A DNA stretch of 64,000 bases from the human T2T-CHM13v2.0 reference genome, Homo sapiens. Of the stretch, positions 1-16,000 are shown piece by piece. The translations under genes were made by a program, and so were the position numbers. The notes under the pieces were generated by a model that was given only the letters and a program-made list of their open reading frames with translations, ran no database searches and was not told the DNA's origin. Within the stretch, counting starts at the first letter, position 1. The number at the start of each line of letters is the position of its first letter. The stretch lies in NCBI RefSeq assembly GCF_009914755.1, contig NC_060926.1; one strand, 5' to 3'.

Positions 1-2110
1 TATTCGCAGGCAACATGGTTATGTATGGAAAAATCCCAAGGAGTCTAAAGAAAAGAAAAAGTACGGTAGAACTAAGTGACTGTGACAGTCATAGGGTATA
101 GGTCCAATGTACAGAAGTCAGTTGTTTTTCTACATATTAACTGAAAACAATTGAAGGTGAAGTTTAAAATGTTATTTACCATACCTTCAAAAATAAAATA
201 CTTGGAATAAGTTTAATGAAAAATACGTAAAACCTCTGCAATGAAGACTATAAAACAATGCAGAGATAAATTTTAGAATAAGTAAATGTAGAGATAGAAC
301 CTGTGTCTGAATTGGAACTCTCAGTATTAAGCTCTCAGTTTCCCAGTCTGATAAATAGATTCAGTGCAATCCCAATTATAATTCTAGCTGACTTAAAAAA
401 AAATACAGTGGTTAAGTTGATTCTAAAATGTATATGGAAAAGCAAAAGACGTAGAAGATCCTTAACATTCTTGTAGTTACAACATGGATGAACCTTGAAA
501 ACATTATGTTAAGTGAAAGAAGCCAATCACAAAAGACCACATACTGTATAATTTTGTTTATATGAAAGGTCCAGAACAGACAAGTCCGTAGAGGCGGAAA
601 GTAGATCAGTGCTTGTCACAGGTTAGAGGAGGGGGAAAGTAAGGACTGACTGCTAATGGGTTTGGGGTTTCTTTGTGGGGTGATGAAAATTTTCCAAAAT
701 TGGAGAGTGGTGAATATCTCAAATCTCTGTGAATATCTCAAAATCTAACTGTACTTCAATATGGTATGCGAATTATCTCTCAATAAAATAAAATTAGTGG
801 ATTTATACTGATTTCAAGACATAATTATTTCAGATTACAGCAATCCAGACAGTGTGGTATTGGCATAAGGATAGAGAAATCCATCAAGGTAGTAAAATAG
901 AGTCCAGGAATAAACCCATGCATGTGTGGTCAGTTGATTTTTGACAAAGGCACCAAGGCTTACATGAAGAGAGGATAGTCTTTTTAATAAATGGTACTGG
1001 AACAACTGGATAAATGTGTAGGAAAAAAAATCATTAGACTTTTGTTGCACATCTCACAATCAATTCAAGATGGATCACAGACCTAATGGAAAAGCTTCAA
1101 CTGTTATTCTTCTAGAAGAAAAAAGGAAAATATTTTAATGACGTTGGATGGGGTAATTTCTTAGGACATGAAAAACAGTAACCATTAAATTAAAAAATGA
1201 GACTTTATCAAAATTTAAAATCTATGCTCATCAGGAAGAATTTAAGAAAATAAGAAGGCTAGCTACAGTGGGAGATAAAATATTCTCAGTACATATATAT
1301 CTGACAAAGGGCTTATATCCAGAATATAAGTAGAATTCCTGTAAATCAATAAATGATAACCTATGTTGCAAAAAATGAGCAGAAGACTAGTGTAGACACT
1401 TCAAAGAAGACATAGGAATGGCCAATAAACCCGTTAAAAGGTGCTCAATATAATCAGTCATCAGGGAAATGCAAATTAAGACCATAATGAGCTGCCACCA
1501 CACATCTGCTAGAATGGTTAAAATTAAAAAGTCTGATAGATAGCATGAACTATTGGAGAGGATGTGGAACAGCTGGCTCTCTCATACAGTACTTGAAGGA
1601 ATGTAGAATAGCATGACCGCTTTAGAAAGCAATGTGACAGCTTCTTACAAAGTTAAGCATATACCTACCATACAGTTCAACTGTTCCACTCTAAGGTTTA
1701 CCCAGAAAAATGAAGCAGATGTCTACAGAAACACAAGAATGTTTACAGCAGCTTTATTCTTAATAGTCCAAAACTGGAAGTAACACAATTATCTACAAAC
1801 AGGTGAAAAGATAAATAAATTGCCATATATCCATACAATGGAATACTTTTCAGTAATAAAAAGTAACCAACACTCTATAACATAACTTAATCTCAAAAAT
1901 GTTTATCTTGCATGAAAGTGTTGCATGATTTAGATGATTATCTAAATCAGAGCAGTGGTTGCTTTTGGTGAGGTGGGGATTGACCAGAAAGGAACTTAAA
2001 GAACCTTCTGTGATAATGGAAATGTTAACTGTATTGATTGGCATGGCAGTTACTCAAGTGTATATATTTGTCAGGTTTCTTCAGACTGTACACTTAAAAT
2101 TTGTAATATA
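1..2110 (+). mobile_element. Old L1 (L1M-type) ORF2 3' part and 3'UTR fragments in a TMEM87B intron; a second L1 3'-end piece at ~470-790
   Basis: Degenerate L1 motifs (gattcagtgcaatccc, cagttgatttttgacaaagg, atcagggaaatgcaaattaagacc, catacaatggaatact); no intact ORF. Confidence 0.8.
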
Positions 2111-2319
2111 TATATATATACACACACACACGCTTCAGTGTTCAAAAATCACTGTATTCCCCTTCTAAGAGAAATGTTGGGGTTTTGAATGTCCCAGGAA
2201 AACATTTTTGGATTGAGGAACCTCATTTTTATTTATTACATCAGCTTATGTTATAATTGTTCTAGTTTATGGAGAAGCAATATTTGCAAATTAGTGTAAT
2301 AACAAAAGTGACTACTTAC

Positions 2320-2480
2320 TGGGCATAGATTGTGTGTCAGGCATTTTATATGTGCTAACTTGTTCAATGGTCACTAGAACTCTATGAGGTAGAAATTATT
2401 ATTATCCCCAGTTTATAGTCAGAAACACTAAGTCACAGGAAGTTAATTGCCTTGCCCAAGATTCCAGTGAGGCAGACACT
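2320..2480 (-). mobile_element. MIR fragment
   Basis: Antisense MIR core: ctctatgaggtag...attatccccagttt...gaaac...cttgcccaag. Confidence 0.65.
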
Positions 2481-2978
2481 TAGCCTTTGCTCCACTGAAA
2501 CTGCAAACATGCAGAAGAGCCTTGGTCAAATATGAAAGAAATCTTGATCTTTCCTATCTTCTTTATGCCATACGCACATTTCAAAATTTGTACATCAGGG
2601 ATGTAAAGCATACCCAAAGATGTGTTTTGTTCTTGAATGTACCATGAATCCTGAAGATTTTTAAATCCATAAACTTTAAAATAATTGCAATTAAGGAAAT
2701 ATGTATGCATGTATACTTGTTTAAACTCTAAAACTAGGATTCAAACAAGAAACTTGAAAACCTGGTGGTTCTGACAAATAGTTTCCAAAAATCTGTGAAC
2801 TTTTTTCATATATTTTTCCTACATTCCCAAATGGTAAATCCAGCATCCTGCCTAAAGTTTCCATTATTAACCCTCCATTTCTAAAAAGATATAGTATTTT
2901 TTCTTATCAGATTATTAAATTTCTAAAGGAAAATATTATTTTGTGATTTTATATATATGTTTATAATGTCTCTCGTAG

Positions 2979-3052
2979 CCGAAGGAATAAAATTAAGAGC
3001 CTCAAAATCAGTTTCCAATGGAACAGCTAAGCCTGCCACTTCTGAGAACTTT
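2979..3052 (+). CDS. TMEM87B: TMEM87B coding exon (74 nt): (T)[24 protein letters not shown]
   Basis: Acceptor ctcgtag| at 2978 and donor |gtgagt at 3053; frame joins the next three exons into the TMEM87B cytosolic C-terminal tail. Confidence 0.93.
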
Positions 3053-3254
3053 GTGAGTATGGTATATATTTAGTACAATCTTAGTCTTCCTTAGTCTTCA
3101 CTACTTTAGAGAGCTATACGAGTGTCATATTCATTGACTCTCAGAAGAACAGTTTTTACTAAGATTTTGTTGTTGTTGTTATAAAAATTAGTGTTGCCAA
3201 GTGCCAAGTAGCAATCCTGGTTGTCCATAACTGAAATACCTTCATTGTAGATCT

Positions 3255-3415
3255 CACTTCTCACCTGCTGTTCCTAGGCCAGCAGCATGAGCATCATCTG
3301 GGAACTTGTTAGAGATGCAGAGTCTCAGGCCTACCCCGGACGCTCCTGAATTGGAATCTGCTTTTTGAAAAGATTCCATAGCCTGTTCATCTGCACATTC
3401 GAGATGGGAAAGCTT
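3255..3415. mobile_element. MER5A-like hAT-Charlie DNA transposon remnant
   Basis: cagcagcatgagcatcatctgggaacttgttagagatgcagagtctcaggcc...gaatctgc resembles the MER5A consensus as recalled. Confidence 0.7.
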
Positions 3416-3821
3416 TGTTCCAATAAAAGCTTGTGTTAACTTTTCAGCCTATGAAAGTGATTTTTGAAGCCATTTTAAAATAACATTTGTTATCTGTTGG
3501 TAAAGAACTTTATGTGTTACCTACACGGTTACCAAAATTAACAGATTTTTTTTTTTTTTGAGGTGGGAAGCTTGAATAAAATTGTAAAACATTGGGCAGA
3601 GATGAGCTAAAAAATATTTTCTGCATGTTATTTATGCATAAAAATGTTTTTGAAGACAACAATGTAAAATGGAAATGTCTATCATATAGTTTTATACTTT
3701 CCTTATAACTATATGTGCTGTGATTAATACTATGTAAAAATTTATGTATGCATATATAAGTTCTGACACGATAGATAATATGTGAAGACATTTTTTATCT
3801 GTTAGATTTGGCAGATTCTCT

Positions 3822-3952
3822 AATAGATTAGACAGATGGATAAATAAACAAGATGGATAACATAGACTGGAGGGATGGATAGAAAGGATAGATGGATGGA
3901 TAAAATAGATAGATAGGTAGTTAGATAAGATAGACAGACATAGACAGATAGC
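3822..3952 (+). repeat. Degenerate (TAGA/TGGA)n simple repeat
   Basis: Runs of gataga/gatgga/gacaga. Confidence 0.8.
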
Positions 3953-4055
3953 TATCTCAGCTGACCTGCTTTCCTTTTCTTGCCTCCTGTAGGGAGATGA
4001 GCATAAATGAGTGATACAAATAAATAGGCTTTTCTAAAGTTAGAATATTTGAGAT

Positions 4056-4393
<338 letters not shown>

Positions 4394-4764
4394 TCATTAT
4401 ATAAGAACTAGAACAAATTAGGAGGCATAATGAGTGTGGCAAAGCAAAAATTCAATATCCTTGCTATTTTCTATCTTACAAATGAACTTTGTGTTTTTAC
4501 TGTGATTTCTCAGGACAAAAAAAATAATATTTCATACATCCAACTAAAACCAAGAAGTGTAGAAATCTGAAATCTAATTTTTGCGTGTGTAAGAAAACAG
4601 TGGCATAATTTCTGTATGGCATGAGTGCCAACTTAGGACATATGTAGAAACTAAAAGAATGTCAAATATTTACATTTAAACACTTAAGTTATATATATAT
4701 TCTGTTTTAAAAATTCTGCTGTCAGGTGATATTAAGCAAATGCTAAGTATAAATATTTCTACAG

Positions 4765-4817
4765 GATGAAGATTTGAAGTGGGTAGAAGAAAATATTCCC
4801 TCTTCATTCACAGATGT
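4765..4817 (+). CDS. TMEM87B: TMEM87B coding exon (53 nt): DEDLKWVEENIPSSFTD(V)
   Basis: Acceptor ttctacag| and donor |gtaagt; DLKWVEENIP motif characteristic of the TMEM87 tail. Confidence 0.95.
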
Positions 4818-5339
4818 GTAAGTTATCTTCTGTTACAGTTTGATTGTAAATTTTAGGCTGTAGTTTAAAAGGGATCGTTCTCATCCTTTGTCATGTGCTT
4901 TTCAAACCTCGTACTTCCATGTACTTGGGTAAGCCCCTATCACCAGTACATGGCCCTTACAGAACTGCAAAGAAAACAAAACCCTGGCTTGTTTTGTTTT
5001 TCACGATACAGCAACCATTTTAAAACTAGTGGCCTCTAACCAACTCTAGCTTTTTCTGATCTGCCATTATCAGGATCATTTCATTTTTTATCTATTATGG
5101 AAAACGTCAAATGTATGTAAACTTTTTTTTTTTAAAGGTAACCACAGCACCATGTATTGTGAGGAGGCTTTTGGAGGAAAAACATGAGTATAGGAATCCC
5201 CTCTGGAAACTTTGAGCTATTCAGGATCCTCTTTATCTATGTTCTGTTTGACACAAGAATTCCAGATAGCTGTTTCCATAGTGAAAAATAGAATAGCCAA
5301 GTATGATAAAATTTTTTTACATATTGGTCTTTCCCTCCC

Positions 5340-7600
<2,261 letters not shown>

Positions 7601-9875
7601 TCAGTGCGCATGAATTGTAGTTTCTTTTATGGATGACGTTGATGGTATGGAGTAGGAGAGGTTGGTGTTGTTTTATTTTTCTTTTATTTCTGCAGACCTT
7701 CTCCCACCGCCCCCCCCAACTTTTTACTGTCTTCTTTTTATTTACTACACGATCACATCTCCAAGGAATATTCTTCTTTTTTATATATCATCCTTTCCTG
7801 AAAACAATGATCGTTCAAGGGTGCTGCTTTTTGTCCCACTCGATTTGAGCCCCTTCCGTGTAGCAGGTGCTGTGAACTTCTTCCAAGTCACTGGTTTTAT
7901 TCAGTCTGTTGGCACTAAGTGTTGGGCTTTTTTGGAGGGGTTGAATTTTGTCTACGGTTGTCTGAGTCCTCCCACCCCTCTACTATTTTTCCTAAAGTCT
8001 CTCAACCCTCTGTTTCCCTACTCTGTGTACCCATGAGCTTGCAGTCACAGCAGGGAATCTGTTGGAATTTGACATTTATTTCTCTATTTACATATAATTT
8101 CAAGTTTGTGGTGTTTTTTTGGTAATGCTGAAGGCATGTGTCTTTTGTGGTTTTGTTTGTGATCCTTAGTAATTTTATGGTTTTTTGAGCAAGACTATAT
8201 GGAGAGATTCAAATTAGGTGGCCACCATTATTTTCCAGATTTGGAAACTCATAACTAAGCATTTTAGAAGGAAATTATTTAAGCAGGCTTACCTCCTACT
8301 GTGCCATCACTTCTTGCTGGAAACCAATAAGGCTCCTAGGTAGTTCTCTTTGCATGTGAGGAAGTCACCATTCTCTACTATTTTTTTCTGTAGATAGAAA
8401 TATATTCTTGGTTACAAAAAATCCTTTGAAATATAGAAGACTGAACTTCTTATTTGATGTCTTCATGAACCATTTATGTGAAATGAGTAGAGCTCTATAA
8501 TCTAAGATGATTTCCAAAATTTTAGGTTCTTGGGAACCTTTGCTTCTTCACTTACGAAAACTTTAACACAAGAAATGTAGCCCAATACTATCCAAAATTA
8601 ATGTACAATTTACATAGCAAGTTTAGTATTTAGACTTTAAACACAGAGAAAAGCCTTCCCCTTATACATCTGTGGAAATGGAACAAAAATTTTATAAGTC
8701 ATGGGACATTTTAAACAGATCATGAATAACCACATGATATGTATTATGAGATATTGGTATGATATTCACTGTGAATTTCCTCATCTTCGATAACCCATGA
8801 AGGTGACATTAGCATAGCTTATCTCCCTCTTTAATGCACTGAATCGTTCTTAATAAGTTTTAAGTAGTCATTAACGTCATAGCAGGGACCGTTGTTGATA
8901 TTGCTAGTGTTTAGCTCTAAACAAGGTGCCAAGCGTGTAGCAGACTGCCTTCTGGTTCACCTTTCCTCTAACGCCGTCTTCTCCCCCATATTTTCCTTAA
9001 TCGTATTATTCCAAACAGTCTGCCTTGCCTCCTTCCTCACACCTAGTCAGTCTCCTGGCCCTCCTGGCTTCACCATGGACCGCACTGTAGGTAGCATCCT
9101 CTGGCGTTGTGCGTGGCTCTTTCATGGCAAAACTTTGGAACTTGGACATTTCCTTCAGGCTCTCCTCCCTCAGACCTCTGTCACACATTGAGGCTAGATT
9201 AAACTTACTTAACATTTGTTACATTCGTCTTTTCTTTATATCTATATTATCTTTGTTGAGCAAAAGTTCTGTTATATAACACTTCTCTCTGGTACCCTTT
9301 GCTGGCAGACATCCAGGCAGTGGTCATAATGACACAGAAGTTAAGCAAATGCTGGATTCTGTAAATACCGCCTTTCATAATGTGTTTACTCATAAATGGG
9401 TTAGGTCCGCAATAAAATTTTTGGATGAGCACATTTGTGTAATCGTCACCCAGATCAAAAAACAGAATAACACTAAGTGCTCTAAAAAGCCCATTTCCTA
9501 TTTCCCTTTCACATCAGGAGCCCACTTTCCCAAAGGTCCTGCTGTCCTGAAGTCTACAACTGTAGATTATTTGTGTCAGGTTTTAAAATGTTATCCCTCA
9601 ATAGATCATCCATTTGCTTTGCTGTATAGTATTCCATTGTCTGAATAACCCGCAATTTACCCATTGGGGTTATTTTCAGTTGAGTGCTATTGAGAACAGC
9701 ACTGCTGCGAAAACTCCTGCATGTCTGTCTGCGAGCCTAGATGCTCCCTTCTGTCACCTGTGGATACCCAGGAGTGAGAATTAGTGGGCCATGGCATGTG
9801 CCTGTATTCGGCTTTCGTGGATACACTGGCCTTACTGTTAACAACATTATCACCTTTTTTTCCCTTTTATTTCAG

Positions 9876-9906
9876 AGCTCTTCCAGTGTTAGTGGATTCA
9901 GATGAG
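9876..9906 (+). CDS. TMEM87B: TMEM87B penultimate exon (31 nt): (V)ALPVLVDSDE
   Basis: Strong pyrimidine tract plus ttcag| acceptor, donor |gtaaaa; phase matches both neighbouring exons. Confidence 0.93.
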
Positions 9907-10587
9907 GTAAAATATATTTTTGCATATTTCCTTGGAGCTGATATTTTCACAAAGTAGAGATGTATTTCAGAAAGAAGTTCTGAAAGCTACTTTTTAAGAT
10001 TATTATAAATTGAACAGACAGAAAGATGCTATGAATTGATTTGTGGGTAAAGTTGAAAGGATTTATGAATAAAGTCCCCATTTCAAACAAGAACAAGATA
10101 AATACTTACTGGTATGAAGGAAATGAAGGGTTATTTTATGAAATCTTGAGTTTAAACGATTTTAAGATGGCAGTTTGTCTAAATTAATCTCTGATACTTG
10201 TAGACATTTTGCTGAGATATTAAAGTTTCAATCTCATTTTCATTTACTAAGCAGGAAATTTGGATAGAGGATGTGGATTTAGGAAAGTTTTTGGGAAAAA
10301 AATTAGCTGTGGATCACTTGGACATTAAGTTGTGTGGCACAAGGCGGGAAGAAATCTGAAGTGTAAGAATTAAAGACTGGATGCACGGAACATTAACTTT
10401 CAAAAAGGACGAGTGGAGGGAAGTTAGTGGTAGCTAAGTTGTAACTTGTATGGTGGCTGTAGCACATAAGAGGGGCCAGAGCTGTATACGTTGAAAGAGA
10501 AGGAAATGATTTTGGCATCAGTCTGTTATTTGACTGTACTGGGATGGGAAGGTTTGAGAAGGCCTTGCTGCAAAACAGTTAAACTTC

Positions 10588-12441
10588 AAGATTCATAACT
10601 CTACAGAAAGATGTAGCATTACAGAAAGATTCATAACTCTACAGAAAGATGTAGCATTACAGAAAGATTCATAACTCTACAGAAAGATGTAGCATTACAG
10701 AAAGATTCATAACTCTACAGAAAGAGGTAGCATTACAGAAAGATTCATAACTCTACAGAAAGATGTAGCATTACAGAAAGATTCATAACTCTACAGAAAG
10801 ATGTAGCATTACAGAAAGATTCATAACTCTACAGAAAGAGGTAGCATTACAGAAAGATTCATAACTCTACAGAAAGAGGTAGCATTACAGAAAGATTCAT
10901 AACTCTACAGAAAGATGTAGCATTACAGAAAGATTCATAACTCTACAGAAAGAGGTAGCATTACAGAAAGATTCATAACTCTACAGAAAGATGTAGCATT
11001 ACAGAAAGATTCATAACTCTACAGAAAGATGTAGCATTACAGAAAGATTCATAACTCTACAGAAAGATGTAGCATTACAGAAAGATTCATAACTCTACAG
11101 AAAGATGTAGCATTACAGAAAGATTCATAACTCTACAGAAAGATGTAGCATTACAGAAAGATTCATAACTCTACAGAAAGATGTAGCATTACAGAAAGAT
11201 TCATAACTCTACAGAAAGATGTAGCATTACAGAAAGATTCATAACTCTACAGAAAGAGGTAGCATTACAGAAAGATTCATAACTCTACAGAAAGAGGTAG
11301 CATTACAGAAAGATTCATAACTCTACAGAAAGACGTAGCATTACAGAAAGATTCATAACTCTACAGAAAGACGTAGCATTACAGAAAGATTCATAACTCT
11401 ACAGAAAGACGTAGCATTACAGAAAGATTCATAACTCTACAGAAAGATGTAGCATTACAGAAAGATTCATAACTCTACAGAAAGATGTAGCATTACAGAA
11501 AGATTCATAACTCTACAGAAAGATGTAGCATTACAGAAAGATTCATAACTCTACAGAAAGAGGTAGCATTACAGAAAGATTCATAACTCTACAGAAAGAG
11601 GTAGCATTACAGAAAGATTCATAACTCTACAGAAAGATGTAGCATTACAGAAAGATTCATAACTCTACAGAAAGAGGTAGCATTACAGAAAGATTCATAA
11701 CTCTACAGAAAGAGGTAGCATTACAGAAAGATTCATAACTCTACAGAAAGAGGTAGCATTACAGAAAGATTCATAACTCTACAGAAAGATGTAGCATTAC
11801 AGAAAGATTCATAACTCTACAGAAAGATGTAGCATTACAGAAAGATTCATAACTCTACAGAAAGAGGTAGCATTACAGAAAGATTCATAACTCTACAGAA
11901 AGAGGTAGCATTACAGAAAGATTCATAACTCTACAGAAAGAGGTAGCATTACAGAAAGATTCATAACTCTACAGAAAGAGGTAGCATTACAGAAAGATTC
12001 ATAACTCTACAGAAAGAGGTAGCATTACAGAAAGATTCATAACTCTACAGAAAGAGGTAGCATTACAGAAAGATTCATAACTCTACAGAAAGAGGTAGCA
12101 TTACAGAAAGATTCATAACTCTACAGAAAGAGGTAGCATTACAGAAAGATTCATAACTCTACAGAAAGAGGTAGCATTACAGAAAGATTCATAACTCTAC
12201 AGAAAGAGGTAGCATTACAGAAAGATTCATAACTCTACAGAAAGATGTAGCATTACAGAAAGATTCATAACTCTACAGAAAGATGTAGCATTACAGAAAG
12301 ATTCATAACTCTACAGAAAGATGTAGCATTACAGAAAGATTCATAACTACAGAAAGATGTAGCATTACAGAAAGATTCATAACTCTACAGAAAGATGTAG
12401 CATTACAGAAAGATTCATAACTCTACAGAAAGATGTAGCAT
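10588..12441 (+). repeat. Minisatellite/VNTR, 38-bp unit GATTCATAACTCTACAGAAAGA[T/G/C]GTAGCATTACAGAAA, ~49 copies
   Basis: Direct count; period 38 (G10590 to G10628); one variable position; one unit with a 2-bp deletion near 12347. Confidence 0.98.
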
Positions 12442-12734
12442 GTAGATTAAAAGTACTTTAAATGCCCCTTTAAAAGGAATTTTATGCTACATCTTTCTGT
12501 ATTTAAAGTTTTAGTAAATAATTCATTTGTAATTTCAATAATACATTAATTTAGTAAAGTGAGGCAAATCTCTAGATGAGCTAGGCCTAAGAAATCCATT
12601 TTAGCTCTATTCCTGCCTCTCATTGGAGATTCTGAACTTGACATGTTTTCTAGCTAGCAGGAAGTTGAAGTTTTCTGAACTTCTCAGCAGATAACTGACT
12701 ATACATTATTGGAGAGTATGGATTATATGGTTAT

Positions 12735-12874
12735 TTTTTAATTTTTAAATTTTTTATAAGGATGAGGTCTCTCTATGTTGCCCAGGCCGGTCTCGAACTC
12801 CTAGCGTCAAGCAGCCTTCCCGCCTCGGCCTCCCAAAGTGCTGAGATTACAGGCATGAGTCACTGTACTTGGCC
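12735..12874 (-). mobile_element. Alu left monomer (FLAM-like), antisense
   Basis: Single arm ending ...gagtcactgtacttggcc. Confidence 0.85.
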
Positions 12875-13022
12875 TTTTATTTTCTGTATGTAATATTTCC
12901 ATGTATATTATGGAATATATTTAGTTTCCCTAAATGTGGCTGTTGAAAGATTAGAAAATTTTTGTTAGGGTTCTGGAAGTAGTATCAACATGTTGATACA
13001 TATCTTCTTTTTTTTTCTTCAG

Positions 13023-13082
13023 GAAATCATGACCAGATCTGAAATGGCTGAAAAAATGTTCTCTTCAGAAAAGATAATGTGA
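13023..13082 (+). CDS. TMEM87B: TMEM87B terminal coding exon: EIMTRSEMAEKMFSSEKIM*
   Basis: Long T tract plus cag| at 13022, TGA at 13080-13082; matches the recalled TMEM87B C-terminus. Confidence 0.95.
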   Translation, partial: EIMTRSEMAEKMFSSEKIM

Positions 13083-16000
13083 TTGGAACCCGTATAAGAA
13101 ATGTAGTTAAGCCTGAAGGACTATCCTTCATCAAGACTGAAAGTGAGCTTTGATTTGATATTGCCTAAAAATTTTTATTGTGTTATCTTGGAAGTCTGTG
13201 TATCAAAATGAAGAATTCAGATGGTAGGAGGTTCTATAGTCCTTTTAAAGCTGACTCTTGAGTGTCAGTTGAATATCCATTAAATTGGATTTGGAAATAA
13301 CCTGAGGAAAGTATTATGATAAAGATCTGCACAGATGCCTCTTAGCTGATAGGTGGCAGGCCTGTGGGTTTGGGTTCTCCCTCTTTTCTCTGGAACATAT
13401 GACAATTCCAGATTAAAGAAAAATGTTTTTTAATAAATACCCTTGGTCTTTCTTCTAGTCACCTTTGAGGTAGATATTGTGATTTTCTGGAGTATAGTAT
13501 ATCCGTGTCTCTGTGTCTTAGGTTTACTAGATGCAATAATACTTCTCTTTGACATTTGTACTGAAGTGATTTGATATTAAGTAAAACAGTTAATGTTTGA
13601 ATATAGGCATATTTATAGGTTTTTTCCGCTCCCCCCCAACCCACCCTTTTTAAAAAATCTATACAAAGCCCTTGTTTGAGTCTCATCATGCACATCAAAT
13701 CATGGAGTTAGGTCTTCTCTGAGCTCAGGGGAACACAAGTGCACAGAGAGAGATGTCTTGAGGGTCACTACCAAAGAATTACCCTCATTGTCCCTCACTC
13801 AGGCCATGTGTACATGCGATGCTGCTGAGTGTGCTGGGGTGGGTGGTGGCCACGTGGCTCCCCCAGAGCACTTCCTAACTGGCAAGCTGGGAGACCCATT
13901 ACTGGTGAACTTTGTGGAAATTAGAACTGTATCTTTTACATAATCTTGGCATATTACATTTCATAATAAAAACATACATTTAGTTGCATGCTACATCACT
14001 ATTGATTTTATAATTAATTTCTTAAGCTTCAACCATGTTTTATACCTTATTTCGTTACATCATATATTTGTAATGTGTAATATGAAATCTTTTGCTTTAA
14101 TGTCTTTTTTTAAAATGTAGAATGTTCTAAACTTGAAAGGCAATTGAATGTAGTATGATGAAAATGTGAATGTTTTGCTGCTTTCATGACCAAAGATACA
14201 GGGCTAGTGGACATTTAGAATAATAATTAAAGCTAGAGTCTTGTATGTCTTTTCTTTGAAGGAGTTCTAACCTTGTAAATTGAGAATGACTTCAGAGAAT
14301 TTTGATTAAGAAAACATTAAAATCTTAACCGGCACAAACACTCCAATTTTTTTCACTGTGAAGCCGCAAGCAATTTTTTTTCTTTTTCTTTCAAAAGCCT
14401 ACCTTCTGAATTTATTTCTTGTTTACTCATTTCAGAGAGGGTAGTAAAGAAGATCTATTTCTGGTAGTCATATCGCTTGAAAGGTATTGGTAAATGTGTT
14501 TTCAGTCGTGACCATGTGGAAAGTGAACAGTGTTGGCAAACATTACCGAGAAAATCATGCTTTTCAAGATGCCCTTGCTTTGGGATATCCTTCCTAGGGA
14601 GAAAAAAAAAAAGTAGTTTAACAATTGTGAATTCCATTTCTTATTTCAGTTTCTGCTGCAGTAATGGGTTCCCACCCACTATAATTCCCAGCATTTATGT
14701 TCTGTTGTATTCTCCCCTTAGCCCAGTAACATTTTTATCTAATACCCCATTCCCCAAGTTTTGAGACAGATTGACCCCCTACTCATTATGTGGCTCTAGT
14801 TGAATTTTAAAATGTGGAATATTGGGCTTGCAGGCAGTAGGAGCTGCAAATCTGGTAGAGTGGGAGTGTGGAGTTAATGGTGAGTATGTTAATAAAGGGA
14901 AACTGTCTCTGACAGAATCTCAGTAATGTTTACCAAAACATGTCTTTCTACAGCTGGTAGGATAAATGATGCTACCCTGTAGCTCAGCTACAGGCTGCAG
15001 TGCAAACTTTTCTTCCATCCAGAGAAAGCAGAATTCCCTCCTAGTAACCTCATTACAAATACTGTTACTAGAAGGGCATGTGCTGTCTGTCACCTTCAGT
15101 AATATTTGTGCCATCTCTTGATGACTGATGACCTGGATCGAGTATTTCTATGAAGGGTCTTCTTAGGCCCCTTACATACGCAAGAGGGGTGCTCTAGTGC
15201 CATAGCTGTAGTTCACAGGAAGGACACCAGGAGAAGTTATACCTAGGGCTACTGAGCAGCTCATCATCCCTGTTTCTGCACAGTTTCCTGAAACTGGCCA
15301 TCAGGGCCTCTGAGGCACTCAAATCAGTTTACTTTTAGCATGCCCCCATCAGGGTGGGTCTCACTGTTAGTGAGGATACGGGTCTGGTTTGATGTTTTTC
15401 TAGGCAAAATGCTTAAGTGTTCTGGTTATGCCATTCATTCATACGATGTGTGAAATTTGCTTAAAAGGGAATTTTCATGATTTGATTTAGATTAGTATTT
15501 AAATATCTGCTTTAGATAGCAATTAATTTTATTGTAAAAATAAGGAAAAATATGTGAATATGTGAATTTTTTAAGCCTGAGAGATGATAGAATGTTCCCA
15601 TATTTTTCTTGTAAAGAAAATAATATTTTAACTTACACATCCTGTAGAAAATACCACCTTTTCCCCTTGTATTACAGTACAATGTTTACATTACTATACT
15701 GTCAAGCTGAAAGTATAAAAAATGTACATATACATTTTGAGTTATGTATCCTTTTTTTAAAAAAAAGTTCGAGTCTGTTGCACTAGGCTGTACATGACTA
15801 AAGTTGACAGATGCTATGCTAGATTTATAATCACTAGTTCTGGTACTTGTGTCTTTGTATGATCAAAGCATGCAATAAGCAATACAAAATACCAAGCCTT
15901 ATACTTAAAAGAAGTTTAACATATTGGTTAATATACTGGTTAATATACTGGTTAAACATATTGAATGTATATAAGTGGCAAAACTAGATTTTTAAGGAAG

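Noticed and set aside
10588-12441. CRISPR-like array (constant core alternating with short segments)
   Set aside because: The intervening segments are identical rather than unique spacers, there are no cas genes, and the context is a primate intron; it is a minisatellite
13758-14764. Small ORFs in the TMEM87B 3'UTR
   Set aside because: Near-cognate starts, no recognisable protein features or splice context
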